DNA of 64,000 nt from Malacoraja senta (lineage: Eukaryota), in contig CM075990.1 in NCBI GenBank assembly GCA_038087875.1, positions 8,558,001 to 8,622,000 on the forward strand, written 5' to 3'. The position numbers and the translations under genes were made by a program. The notes under the pieces are model-generated. The model was not told where the DNA came from. It saw only the letters and a list, made by a program, of their open reading frames with translations, and did not search any database. Every line of letters begins with the position of its first letter. Position 1 is the first letter of the stretch. Below are positions 27,346 through 39,586 of the stretch, piece by piece.

Positions 27346-28432
27346 CCCTGTGACCCAATAGTTTTATTATCATATATTTATGGAGCCATAGGTGGTCTTG
27401 GTTGCGTTCAGTGTAAGTGCAGACATGGACTCAGTCAAGTATCTTGAACTTAGATTTTATATGGAAATGGTGCAGCAGCTGCTGGTCCCATCTTATGTAG
27501 CTCATCTGAACATATCACACAAACTAGCCTTGTCGGTGTGCGGCCTTTATTAAGTGTGGTGGTTTATTATGGACCAGCGAAGTGCAAACATTTATTGAAT
27601 ATTGAGAATCCTACCTGCTACATGTTGCCTAATCTGATGAAGCTTCTGCTCTGTTCCTTATATTCAATTCAATTCAATTCAATTCAATTCAACTTTAATG
27701 TCATTGCACAAATACTGAGTATGGGTACAACGAAATGCAGTTTTGCGTCAGTCCGTAGTAGTAGTGCAATATAGAAATTTAAAAAAAAAAGAGGATACAG
27801 AATAATCAAAAATACAGAATAATTAACAATGGGGACGGAGGGACCGGAGGAATCTATCGGCGGAACTCCGAGTTCAGCAATGCGACGGTATAATTGTAGA
27901 AGCTGTTCCTCATCCTACTGGTACGAGACCTGAGGCTCCTGTAGCTCTTGATATGTTAGCATAGAGGGGAAATAATAGTCAGGCATTGAATAGAGTCACC
28001 AGCAATAATTGAATGAGTTGGTGCTTTTATCCAATCGGACCTATACAATACTGCTGTGGTCACCCATTTCACAGACTAAGGCTTGTAATGAATACTGTCA
28101 AATTGACATCAAAGTAACTGATCCCCTGTTAATCCCAAATTGTGCAGGAGGACACAAGATCGATTCTACTTGTTCATTTTCTTTAGCTGTTTAATATGCC
28201 ATGTTCCAATTAATTTCATGATGATGATCGCAATCAATAATGTATTTAAAGCAAATTTCATGTGTTTCACGATGAACGGGAGCTTAACCACCCAGCTGCC
28301 ACTAACAAGAATGCTATCATAAGCCGGCAACCAATTCTTTTAACAAATACTTTTTATTTTAAATGAATGTAAGGCAAGCATGTAATTAGGTGAGCAGAAC
28401 AACAAGTGAGGTAGAAAGATGCACCTTGCTAG

Positions 28433-28560
28433 TCTGAAGCAGGGTCTCGACCCGAAATATCACCCATTCCTTCTCTCCAGAGATGCGGCATGCCCCGCTG
28501 TTACTCCAGCATTTTGTGTCTTTCTTCGATTTAAACCAGCATCTGCAGTTCTCTCCTACA
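28433..28560 (+). mobile_element. Penelope-like pLTR remnant with 11-bp TSD
   Basis: caccttgctag at 28422-32 and 28561-71. Confidence 0.7.
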
Positions 28561-30568
28561 CACCTTGCTAGACTGTAGTTTGTTCCTACTGTATGTTGGA
28601 AGGCTTTGCATATATTAAAGAGCACTGGACTCATTCAGAATCCCGCACATTAGCGTGTTTGGACATTCACTGTTGAACATGTTTCTGTCAGCCGAAGCTT
28701 ATTAAATTTTAATAAAATACGTGAAGGTTCTCTTTTATCCTTGCGGCCACTTCTTTCAGCAGAAAGATCGACGTGATTGTGACGTTAGCAGTGGGTCATC
28801 ATTCTAAACTTCGCTGATCTTATCCTGTTTCCCTACCACCTTATCTTTTTTTTCATTTAAATCCTTGCTCTATTAATTATCCAGTTACTATTTAAAATAC
28901 CTCATTATATCTACCTTCGTAAGCACACGGCAAACCACTGCTGTTTGAATAACCTTCCCTGTGAAGAAAATTGCATTCTGTTTCTGATGATTTTAGGTTT
29001 GGTACAGTGGTTTGGAGATGGTATTACTAAACCAGCAAATGAAGGATAGACACAAAATGGTGGAGGAACTTAGCGGGTCAGGCATCATTCAGTGGTGTTG
29101 TTGAGCAATGCTGAGAGAATGTAAATTTAAATTGCACTTCTTGTTTCAAAGAAAAATAACTGGATATCTGTGAAAGCATCCACGATGATAATAGCCTGAC
29201 TGGCTCAGACTGAGAGAAAAAAACAAATTACCTTTGCTTCGTCTCGCCCAGCATGTGATTGCAGGCTCTTGCCAACTTTCTCAGAAGTAGCAAACAGTAT
29301 CATTATATTAAACTAAAACTGCAGTGCTTTGTGAAGAATGCCCACAAAACACCCTCTCAATGCAACTAGGAAGAAGCAACAAGTGGCGGCTTTGAAGTGA
29401 GGCCCACATCTCAGATCAGTGGTGGGAAGACCAGTGAGGTGATCTTTAGAGAAATTGGCACAGACATTGTGGGCCGAAGGGCCTGTTCGCGTGCTGTATT
29501 TTTCTTAGTTCTATGCGCTATGTAAAACCAATTGCTTTCCCTTGTGCTGAGCAGCCTTGAAGTGTTAACTCCTGCTGCTTCCATTGAAGCTGCTCTGGGA
29601 CATTTGCAGTGACTGTAGTCACTTGGGTTCACAAGCATCTTATGCTGCATCTCCAATCTCGGAAGCAAGTTGTCCACCTGAATCCATTTTCTTAATCGAT
29701 TGAAAAGAGAAGAAGATATTTCAGAAAATTATTATAAATGTTGGAGAAATTTAGAGATACAGCGCGGAAACAGGCCCACCGAGTCCGCACCGACCAGCGA
29801 CTTAGCACATTAACTCTATACTACATACTAGTAAGTAAGTAAGTATGTAAATACATTTTATTTATATAGCACGTTTAAATCAACTCACGTTGAAACCAAA
29901 GTGCTTTACATAAAAGAAATAATAAAAGAAATAATAACGTTTCCGTACATCCATAGAAAAATTAAAACCCAGAAAAATGACATAACACATTATAGAATTC
30001 AACAAGAACATCCCCCCACAACAGAATCAACATTTTCCACTGTGGGGAAAGGCAACAAAAAGTTAAGTCCTCTCCCTCTGTGAAACACCCGAGGTCGGGG
30101 CCTATTTGTGGCCTCCGCAGCCAGTCCGATGTTTTCAGGCCCTCTTTGCCGGAAAGCTGGAACTCCGGCGTCGGGTAAACACTCCTCAGTGGCTTGGAAA
30201 ATGTCTGGAGCGGCCGCTCCCTCCCCGGAGACCGCGGCACCCGTAGTCCTCAGGCTGCGCTGGTTGGAGCTCCGACTCTGACGATCTCGGATCCCAGGCT
30301 CCGCGGTGTTTTAAATCCAGCGCCGCCCGCAGCCACCGCTCCTCGATGTTGGAGTCGGCGGTCACCGCACTCCGGAGCTTACCGCACGGCGACCCGGTAA
30401 GGCATCGCCCGCTCCGTGTTGGTATCCCAGCGCTGTGCCGCCGCCGAAGCTGTAGTCCCGGCCGGTCCCGACAGGAAAACGCCGCTCCAGTTTCGATGGT
30501 AGGCCGCGAGGAAGGGGCGAAGAAACAGCTCGGAGGGAAGCCGCCTCTCCGACCAGGTAGGGGACTAA

Positions 30569-32414
30569 AGAGCCTGTCCCACCAGCATGCGACTGCATGC
30601 GTCTAGCGCGACCAAACGTGGTGGCTTGAGCCATACGGCCTCGCGGGGCCGGTCCCACTTCCAACCGCGGAGCAGTATGGAGCTGGTCCCGACATCATAC
30701 TCACCAATCAGCCGGGCAAGAGGCGGGCCGACTGAATTTGGACGTCGCACGGCGTCGGGCGGTTACGTCATCATGCAACGGCATGCCGGGCGGTGACGTC
30801 ATCGCGCAACACCATGCGCTAGGCGTACGCCGTCAAGGCATAAGGTCCCACATAAGAGATTAGTATACAAACTTAAAGCACACGGTATTGGGGGTTCAGT
30901 ATTGATGTGGATAGAGAACTGGCTGGCAGACAGGAAGCAAAGAGTAGGAGTAAACGGGTCCTTTTCAGAATGGCAGGCAGTGACTAGTGGGGTACCACAA
31001 GGCTCAGTGCTGGGACCCCAGCTATTTACAATATATATTAATGATTTGGACGAGGGAATTGAATGCAACATCTCCAAGTTTGCAGATGACACAAAGCTGG
31101 GGGGCAGTGTTAGCTGTGAGGAGGATGCTAGGAGGCTGCAAGGTGACTTGGATAGGCTGGGTGAGTGGGCAAATGCATGGCAGATGTAGTATAATGTGGA
31201 TAAATGTGAGGTTATCCACTTTGGTGGCAAAAACAGGAGAGTAGACTATTATCTAAATGGTGGCCGATTAATAAAAAGGGAGATGCAACGAGACCTGGGT
31301 GTCATGGTACACATTGAAAGTAGGCATGCAGGTGCAGCAGGCAGTGAAGAAAGCGAATGGTATGTTAGCATTCATAGCAAAAGGATTTGAGTATAGGAGC
31401 AGGGAGGCTCTACTGCAGTTGTACAGGGTCTTGGTGAGACCACACCTGGAGTATTGCGTTCAGTTTTGGTCTCCTAATCTGAGGAAAGACATTCTTGCCA
31501 TAAAGGGAGTACAGAGAAGGTTCCTGGGATGTCAGGACTTTCATATGAAGAAAGACTGGATAGACTTGGCTTGTACTCGCTAGAATTTAGAAGATTGAGG
31601 GGGGATCTTATAGAAGGTAGAAAGATGCACCTTGCTAGTCTGAAGGAGTCTGAAGGTCTCGACCCGAAACATCACCCATTCCTTCTCTCCAGAGATGCTG
31701 CCTCACCCACTGAGTTTCTCCAGCATTTTTGTCTACCATCGATTTTTTTTTCAACATCTGCAGTTCTTCCTTAAACATGTAACTTACAAAATTCTTAAGG
31801 GGTTGGACAGGCTAGATGCAGGAAGATTGTTCCCGATGTTGGGGAAGTCCAGAACAAGGGGACACAGTTTAAGGATAAGGGGGAAATCTTTTAGGACCGA
31901 GATGAGAAAAACATTTTTCACACAGAGAGTGGTGAATCTCTGGAACTCTCTGCCAGTTCATTGGCTATATTTAAGAGGGAGTTAGATGTGGCCCTTGTGG
32001 CTAAAGGTATCAGGGGGTATGGAGAGAAGGCAGGTACAGGATACTGAGTAGGATGATCAGCCATGATCATATTGAATGGCGGTGCAGGCACGAGGGGCTG
32101 AATGGCCTACTCCTGCACCTATTTTCTATGTTTCTATGTTTCTAAGATGCTGCGTACGGCGTCAAGACACTGCGTATGGCGTCGAGGCGGTGCGTGCGGC
32201 CTCCATGCGGCAGCGGGCCGGCAGGCCTTTGCCGCGCGGAATTTTTTAACACTGTCAGTTTTTCGGTGCCCCGCCCGATGTCGGGACCAGCTCCGCACAA
32301 CTCCATGCGGCTCCCGCGATCGAAGTGGGACCGGCCCCGCGAGGACGCACGGCTAGCGCGACCACGTTAGGTCGCGCTAGCCGCATGCAGTCGCATGCTC
32401 GTGGGACAGGCCCT
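30569..32414. mobile_element. PIF/Harbinger-type MITE split by a CR1
   Basis: TIR agagcctgtcccaccagcatgcgactgcatgcg / cgcatgcagtcgcatgctcgtgggacaggccct, TAA TSD (30566-68, 32415-17). Confidence 0.85.
30838..32143 (+). mobile_element. Young 5'-truncated CR1 LINE (RT domain to 3' end), disrupted
   Basis: [32 protein letters not shown] motifs with stops and frameshifts, and a (tttctatg)n tail. Confidence 0.93.
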
Positions 32415-33037
32415 TAAGAAATAAAGTTTCCCCCTTCCCCTCCCCCCACCCACCACATAAAAGACCTCCAACTAACATTTGTTTTTTGACAGGACTAAAA
32501 ATAAAAATAATAAAGGGTGAAAGGACGGACTGCAGGGAGAGCTGCCATACCTAACGGCGCCCCACTCATGCAGTCCGCCATCACTAGGGACAATTTACAA
32601 TTATGCCAAGCCAATTAACATACAATCCTGTTCATCTTTGGAGTGTGGGAGGAAACCGGAGATCCTGGAGAAAACCCATGCTGGTCACGGGGAGAACGTG
32701 CAAACTCTGTGCAGACAGCAGCCGTAGTCGGGATCAAACCCAGGTCCCTGGCGCTGTAAGGCAGCAACTCTACTGCTGCGCCGCTGTGCTGCCCAAATAC
32801 TAAACAATTTAGCATGATCCATCAATCAGATCAATAACATGCATGTCTCCAAGACACACATCAATAAATGTGATTGTTGAAAGAAGCCTCTTTGAACTTT
32901 GGATCAAAGTGTGGCATCTGCTTCTTTAACAACAAGAGTGAGTTTTGATATTCAACATTCACAACAGGTTGCTGCATAGATGGTTTTACTTTAAGTTATT
33001 GAATGCAATGAGCTTTCTGAAGCACACTTCTCAGCAA

Positions 33038-33646
33038 TTAAAGGAGTCTATGGCGGGCGAATAAGCAAGCCACACGTGGTGAATCAAAGAGATCCTTATT
33101 GTCAAAGCAAAGCTGCTTGGTTTCCCACAGCTCGTCCGCACGCACCGCTAGCAGCAGGGGATCTGCGAAGTCATCACCGGCGAGCAGCAGGCGGGTGTTG
33201 TCCGGCATGTGTTTCAAGAAGGCGTGTTTGAAGAGCAGGCAGGGCCGATGACCGTCCGTGAGGGTGAGCATCTCGCTCATGAGCACCGACGGCTTGCGAT
33301 CGCCGAGGCCGCCCATGTGCATGAGCCGCACTGCGCGGTCCCGGCGGCTGAGCCCAAAGGTCCGTAAGAGCAGCGCTTTAAGGCCCTCGTATTTGTCCTG
33401 ATCCGGTGGCGCACGTAGGTAAGGGACCAGGCGACCGGCCGTCTCCTGATCCAACGCACCGACCACATAGTAGCACCGGGTGTCATCAGCCGTGATGCGT
33501 CGAACGTGAAACTGGGACTCGGCTTGTTGGAACCAGACTTGAGGCTGCGATTTCCAGAACACGGGCAGCTTCAGGAAGACAGCATTCTGCTGGGATGGAT
33601 TGTCGGCGACCTCGGACTGTTGAGGTTGTTCATTGGCGGCAAACAT
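33038..33646 (-). CDS. Gypsy gag-like ORF (202 aa), C-terminally truncated and fused to the LTR remnant
   Basis: KLPVFW..PQVWFQQAESQF..I..D.T..YYVV.ALD and LGDRKPS.LM..M motifs are typical of Gypsy gag. It lies directly downstream of the PBS. Confidence 0.8.
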   Translation of the reverse strand: MFAANEQPQQSEVADNPSQQNAVFLKLPVFWKSQPQVWFQQAESQFHVRRITADDTRCYYVVGALDQETAGRLVPYLRAPPDQDKYEGLKALLLRTFGLSRRDRAVRLMHMGGLGDRKPSVLMSEMLTLTDGHRPCLLFKHAFLKHMPDNTRLLLAGDDFADPLLLAVRADELWETKQLCFDNKDLFDSPRVACLFARHRLL

Positions 33647-33941
33647 TGTTTAAATCCAAAATGACTGTTTTGGATCGTCGGGGTCACCAATATGGTGGGC
33701 GAATAAGCAAGCTACGTGTGGTTGTAAATAATAAACAAGCCACGTGTGAATAAAAAAAGATGTTTATTGTCAAAGCAAGGAGAACACACACACGCGAATG
33801 GGAGAAGGTTGACCCGGGGTTCATTATATACACCCCTATACCTCGTGACCACTCCTTCCCGCCATTACACAGTCACATGACCCTACCCCCGGCTGCCGAG
33901 GGTTCGCATAGTAAGTGGCCTAACCACCGGGTGGTGCCACA
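33049..33941 (-). mobile_element. Internally deleted Ty3/Gypsy (CsRn1-like) LTR retrotransposon
   Basis: 5' LTR 33941-33691, tRNA-Trp-type PBS tggtgaccccgacg at 33689-33676, 62-bp remnant of the 3' LTR at 33110-33049, 4-bp TSD agtc (33045-48, 33942-45). Confidence 0.85.
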
Positions 33942-35053
33942 AGTCCCACCGAAAACCAGGATACAACCTGAATTCCAGTGAGAGGGGAAAGGTTTAATAC
34001 GATGCTGAGGGGCAACATTTTCAGATGGAGGTTGGTACATATATGGAATGAACTGCCAGAGGAAGTGTGAAGGAAGGAACTGCAGATGCTGGTTTAAACT
34101 GATGATAGACACTAAATGCTGGAGTAACTCAGCGGGACAGGCAGCATCTCTGGAGAGAAGGAATGGATGATGTTTCGGGTCGAGACCCTTCTTCAGTCCG
34201 AAATGCCCGCCAGAGGAGGTAGTTGAGGCAGGAACAATAACAACATTTTAAAGACATTTGTGCAGTACATGGATAGCAAAGGTTTACAGGGATATGGTTG
34301 AAATTAGATTTAGGTTTAGGTCTATTATTTCCATGTGTACAGTGAAAAGTGTTTTGTTTTGCATGCTATCTAAGCAGTTCAGATAATACTGTACATAAAT
34401 ACAATCTTGTCAAGCACAATACATAGTACATTACATAGAGCAAAGGGGCAGATAAAGAGTGTCATGTTTCATCTTTTATTCATGTAAAGTCTTTTCTCTG
34501 ACGATAGTACACAAACAAAAGCTCTGCCATTGTTCATGATAATAATAAACTAAAGAGAGTCTGGGCAAAAAGGACTAGCACAGATTGGCATCTTGGTTGG
34601 GCCGAAGGGCAAGTTTCTGCACTGTATCACTGTATGGGCTAACTCTGAGAACGCTGATAGACACATGCACGCATGAGCTTGGGAACACCAACGCCGGGTC
34701 TGAAATCAAGTGTCACGACCCACGGGGATCAACAATTTCCATAAAGTATCAGAGGCAACGTATCTTGGCCAAAGTGTCCCAGGTATGGACGGAACAGTCA
34801 GTAAGGAGACTCCCCTCTCAAAATTAACTGCTTATTCAGGTATCCAGACAGAGATCCCATCCCACAGACCAGCCACCATGGGTCAATCCAAGATCCAGCC
34901 TGAATTGGAGTTCTTACAGCTTCTTGCGACACGAGTGGTGTAGCTATTGTTTCCAAAACGTTGTATTACACTTATGATATCCAAAGATAAAGAAGTGATG
35001 AAGACAATGATATTTATTCAAAGGGCCGCAGGCAGCAAAGCACTTCATGAAAT

Positions 35054-35125
35054 TCACAATGAGTGTTACATGTAACTCACAATGAGTGTTACATGTAACT
35101 CACAACGAGTGTGACATATAACTCA
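35054..35125. repeat. ~3 x 23-bp tandem repeat with an internal palindrome
   Basis: Unit tcacaatgagtgttacatgtaac; gttacatgtaac is self-complementary. Confidence 0.85.
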
Positions 35126-35244
35126 TTGTTACCTGTTGTTGGCATCAGTTGATGAGGAAGAGGTTGCCACTTGCATGGATTTCCAATCTCAGAGTTCTCG
35201 TTCTATCACACATTGATCTTAGATTTGCTTGAGACACTTGCGTA

Positions 35245-36409
35245 TATGTTAATATGCTCCTAAAGCTAACCCCCCCCCCCCCCCCAAGTCTAGTTCAGTA
35301 GAAAAACACCGACTCAAGCACTGGACCAACTAATCTTTATTATTTTAGAATGAACACAAACTCCCCTAAACGATACCTAAACCACTGCAGGTTTGATCCT
35401 TGTCTCAGCTAGGCCAAGCCCTTTAGATACACTCCAAAAGGTCACGCACTCCCAAGCGCTCTTCCAGAAGATCGACACCAATCTAAAATGGAGACACCTT
35501 TTATAGGTCCACGAACCTTGAGGGACCGAACTACATATGGGGTGATCTCTTTACAGTCCAATCAAACATATTAATTACAACAATACATTATTGATCGCTC
35601 CCCCAATCAATTACAGAATCTCCTATACATTGTTTCTCTAAAGAGCTTCTGAAAGGAAACTAACAAACTGAATAATGCAACATTTACCCTGGAACATAAA
35701 CAATCCTCTCAAGGCTTAACACTTTAACCAATCAACAAACAGTAGGGCAACCGTCTCGCAACAGTATTTACACTATTTACAACTCTCTTACAGCCATCCA
35801 ATCAAAGGGATGCATTCTCAATACCTTGGAGTTCCTTCTGCAAGATTCTCATACATAATGATACTTGGACTTCTCTTATCTGAAGGGCTGATCTGGGACC
35901 AAGACTTTCTGGCACCAGTCAGCAGCTTGTCCTCTTTTGCAGAACTTCACCATCAGGCCTTGAGAATGCATGGATTCTGTACTTAATTTTAGCCATCTTT
36001 TAGCTCCATTTTAGCCAGGATTTACATATATATTTTTCTTAGTTCTTTCTTTACTCATACTTGTGAGCTCTCACACTTACACACATTTATTGTTACTCAG
36101 GTTTATCACTATCATTTTTTCTTTGCAATTTCCTCAAGGGCCTGTCCCACTTGGGCGTCATTTGCGCGTCACGCAGAAGGTGCGCGAAGATTTTGAACAT
36201 CCCAAAATCCTGGGGCGGCGCGTCACTGCCTACGTCACCATGCGCCATGCGCGCATCACGTGCGTGCATCGTGCGTCGTGACACGTAAATGATGTTGCGT
36301 AAATTACGCACAAATGATGCCCAAGTGGGACAGGCCCTTTAGCCATCTCCCTAAAATCTGAAATGTGGACACATGCCTCTGTTCAAATCCATATCCTTTC
36401 CAATCCACA
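35245..36409 (-). mobile_element. Possible solo LTR (boundaries uncertain)
   Basis: On the minus strand: TG start near 36409, TATAAAA near 35505 and AATAAA near 35341, in LTR order. No convincing TSD found. Confidence 0.3.
36137..36338. mobile_element. PIF/Harbinger-type MITE
   Basis: TIR agggcctgtcccacttgggcgtcatttg / caaatgatgcccaagtgggacaggccct; flanks tca/tta. Confidence 0.8.
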
Positions 36410-36529
36410 TCCATATCATGTACGCTAATTGATAACGAATTACCTATCTAAATAAAGCTTGGCTTTCTACTGTTGCTGACATTCTTACATGTCTCTCCTC
36501 AACCTTTGGGCCCTTAAGATTCTGAACAA

Positions 36530-36990
36530 GATAGAAGACAGAGAGTTGTGGTGGAAGGATAATATTGAGGATGAAGTCTGTGACCAGTGGAGTTCTGCGG
36601 GGATCTGTGCTGGGACTTCTGCTCTTTGTGATATCTATATATATCACAATTATATGTATATATATTAATGACCTGGACATGAACGTACTCTAGATAGGTT
36701 GGTTGATACATTTGCAGGTGACACAAAGATTTCTGGGGTCACGGACTGTGAGGAGGCTATCAAAATATACAGTGGGATACAGATCATCTATAGAAATGGA
36801 CGGAGAAACAGTAGATGATGCTTAATCTGAAGAAGTGTGACGTGTTACACTCTGGGAGGTTGAATGTAAATGGAAAATATAGGATTAATGGTCAGCTGCT
36901 TAACAGAGGCATCTTGGGGTCCAAGTCACAAACTCCCTAAAAATGGCAATACGAATAGCAGATAGATTGGTAAAGAAAGCATATGCTTCC
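36530..36990 (+). mobile_element. Old CR1 RT fragment
   Basis: Decayed SGV.RGSVLG..LF..YINDL..FAGDTK. Confidence 0.7.
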
Positions 36991-37469
36991 AACATCCCCA
37001 TGATGTGCGGGTTGTAGGTTAATTGGTCTCTGTAAATTCACCCAGTGTGTAGGGAGGGGATGAGAAAGTGGAATAACATAGAACTAGCGTCAACTTCGAG
37101 GACTCGGTTGCCGAAGGGTCTGTTTCCATGCAGTATTCCAAAACTAAACTATGATAAACTAAATCTAGCTTCTACATTATTTTGTTTATTTACACCCCAT
37201 TGCCGGTCGATGTGTGCCAGACTGTATTGTGTTCTGCTGCCTCCTACTACATTTTTTATTACTGTATCTAATTAGTAACAACAAGTTTACAATACATCCT
37301 GACCTACTTGGCTAACTAGCTACAAAATAAATTACGTACTCATGGGAGTTGAATTTTTGAACCAAACCATCTCTTACCACATCACCTCTAAAAACAATCC
37401 TCGTTAAATGTTGGAGTGGTGCTGACTACTGTGCATTTCTGAATCTATTCAGAGGCTGTTGGTAGGACA

Positions 37470-37822
37470 GGAAGCTAGATGCAGGAAGATTGTTCCCGAT
37501 GTTGGGGAAGTCCAGGACAAGGGGTCACAGCTTAAGGATAAGGGGGAAATCCTTTAAGACCGAGATGAGGAAAAACTTTTTCACACAGAGAGTGGTGAAT
37601 CTCTGGAACTCTCTGCCACAGAGGGTAGTTGAGGCCAGTTCATTGGCTATATTTAAGAGGGAGTTAGATGTGGCCCTTGTGGCTAAGGGGATCAGGGGGT
37701 ATGGAGAGAAGGCAGGTACGGGATACTGAGTTGGATGATCAGCCATGATCATATTGAATGGCGGTGCAGGCTCGAAGGGCCGAATGGCCTACTCCTGCAC
37801 CTATTTTCTATGTATCTATGTA
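37470..37822 (+). mobile_element. Young CR1 3' end
   Basis: ORF 37490..37729, nearly identical to the 20474-20858 copy. Confidence 0.92.
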
Positions 37823-37879
37823 TCTAGGACTTCATTTAAAAAAACACACTTTTGTATCTGATTGTCAAATCAGCTCCAT

Positions 37880-38285
37880 AGAGATATCCAACACAGAAAC
37901 AAGCTCTTTGACCCATCAAGTTTGTACTATCAAGTTCGTACCATCAGGTTTGTACCATCAGGTCCGTACCATCAAGTTCGTAACCGACCATCAACCACCA
38001 ATTGACATTGATTTACTAGAATCCCATTATTTTATTCCCCCCTCATTCCCACCAACTCTCCAGATTCTATCTCTCACCCTTAAACCAGTGACAATTTGTA
38101 GTAGCATATTAACCTATTAACTTGTGTATCTTTGGGGTGTTGGAGAAAACCAGACCACTGGAGGAAAACCTACATGCTCACAGGGAGAACGTGCAAACTC
38201 AACACACGCAGCAGCTAGGTCAGGATTGAACCTGGGTCTCTGGCACAGTAAGGCAATGGCTCGACCAGGTGCATTACAGTGGCAC
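37880..38285 (-). mobile_element. Diverged V-SINE with an internal 14-bp tandem repeat (ccatcaagttYgta x~5, 37912-37982)
   Basis: SINE head and V-domain recognisable in reverse complement; the tandem is directly visible. Confidence 0.6.
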
Positions 38286-39412
38286 CCATATTGTGTTCCT
38301 AGCGTTGTTGGTTGAAATAAAAAAATAAAAATATCGGGTGTTCGGAAGTCAGACTGCACTTCGGAACAAAGAAGGGGAGTAAAAGTGTGAGATGGTCCGA
38401 TGAAATCTCATCAACCTGAAACGTCAACTTTGTTTTGCTGCCCAGATGCTGACTGAGTGCTTTCTGCATTTTTTTTCATGTTTTTAGCAGCTGCAGAATG
38501 TTGCATTTGAGCCGCTCTTTGAAACTTGAATTCCAGTTTGTGTAAATATCATATAATAATAATAATTCATTTTATTTACTGCCGCCTTTCTAAAACCCAA
38601 GGACACCTTACAAGGCATAGAATCACAAAAATACAAACACATAATTGGAATAAATTAAATATAAAAACACCACGGTACACAAATCAAGGACAGAATTCAA
38701 TTTCAAAAGCACAAAAAGAAAATAAGAAACACAATTTGAGGAGAGAGCAGCGGTGACCAATTCGCGCCAGCGTCCACTCTCCCCTCCGACCGCCATCTTG
38801 CACACAGACTAACAGGCACAGCACACAAAAATCATCCCCCACAATGACCACCACTGTGGGGGAAGGCACAATGTCCAGTCCCCAACCCAGTTCTCCCCAG
38901 AGTCAGGCCCAGTGAGGCCTCCACAGTTGCCTCTACGGAGGCAATGGCATATATGGCATATATATCGTCATAGAGTCTTATAGCGTGGAAACAAGTCCTT
39001 CAGCCCAACATGCCCACGCCGACCGACATGCCCCACCTACACTAGTCCCCCATGCCTGCGTTTGGCCCATATCCCTCCAAACCTATCCTATCCATGTACC
39101 TGTCCAAATGTTTCTTAAGCATTGTGATAGTATCTGCCTCAACTACCTCCTCCGGCAGCTCATTTCATACACTGACCACCTTTCATGTAAAAAAAGTTGT
39201 CCCTCGGGTTCCTATTAAATCTATTTAAACTATCCCTGGTAAGGTTGGCAGTTTATAGTGTTCCAGTGAAATGCAAACATTTTTCCCCATTACGTTAAAC
39301 CTATGTCTTCTGTGTTAGATGGATCAGCCATGGCACAAAGGAACACATGGTTTATTTTTGCTCCTGAAACATATGTTTTCATTGACTACCTTGTTCAATT
39401 TGTAACCAACAG

Positions 39413-39586
39413 GAAATCAGTGATTCGGAGATTCTGGAGCTCGTTCACAGTGCATTGGGCCGTATGACGGTGGTGAGACAGATCTTCCCTACCTCCAAGG
39501 ACTTGAACCGCAGGTGTATGAGAAACAACCATCGCATTTCCTCGCTGCTGTGCGACCCGCAGGAGGGCTACTTTCAAACACTACAG
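39413..39586 (+). CDS. GRID1: GRID1 internal coding exon (174 nt, ~exon 6): [58 protein letters not shown]
   Basis: Acceptor aacAG and donor GTctgt. Contains the GluD1 motifs [17 protein letters not shown] and [16 protein letters not shown]. Joins in frame with both neighbouring exons. Confidence 0.96.

Larger units (their letters stand above)
29832..32582 (-). mobile_element. GC-rich non-autonomous retroelement with (TTAC)n tail, split by a MITE
   Basis: Bounded by the actag TSD. On the minus strand it starts gatggcggactgc and ends with AATAAA and (ttac)n. Related sequence at ~38550-38945. Confidence 0.65.
29749..32792 (-). mobile_element. HE1 V-SINE split by nested insertions (pieces 29749-29831 and 32583-32792)
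   Basis: The two halves rejoin to the SINE consensus ...actagggacaattt. TSD actag at 29827-31 and 32583-87. Confidence 0.85.

Noticed and set aside
37912..37982. Short regular repeats (also 35054-35125) considered as CRISPR-like
   Set aside because: Head-to-tail tandem units without unique spacers, in eukaryotic intron context.
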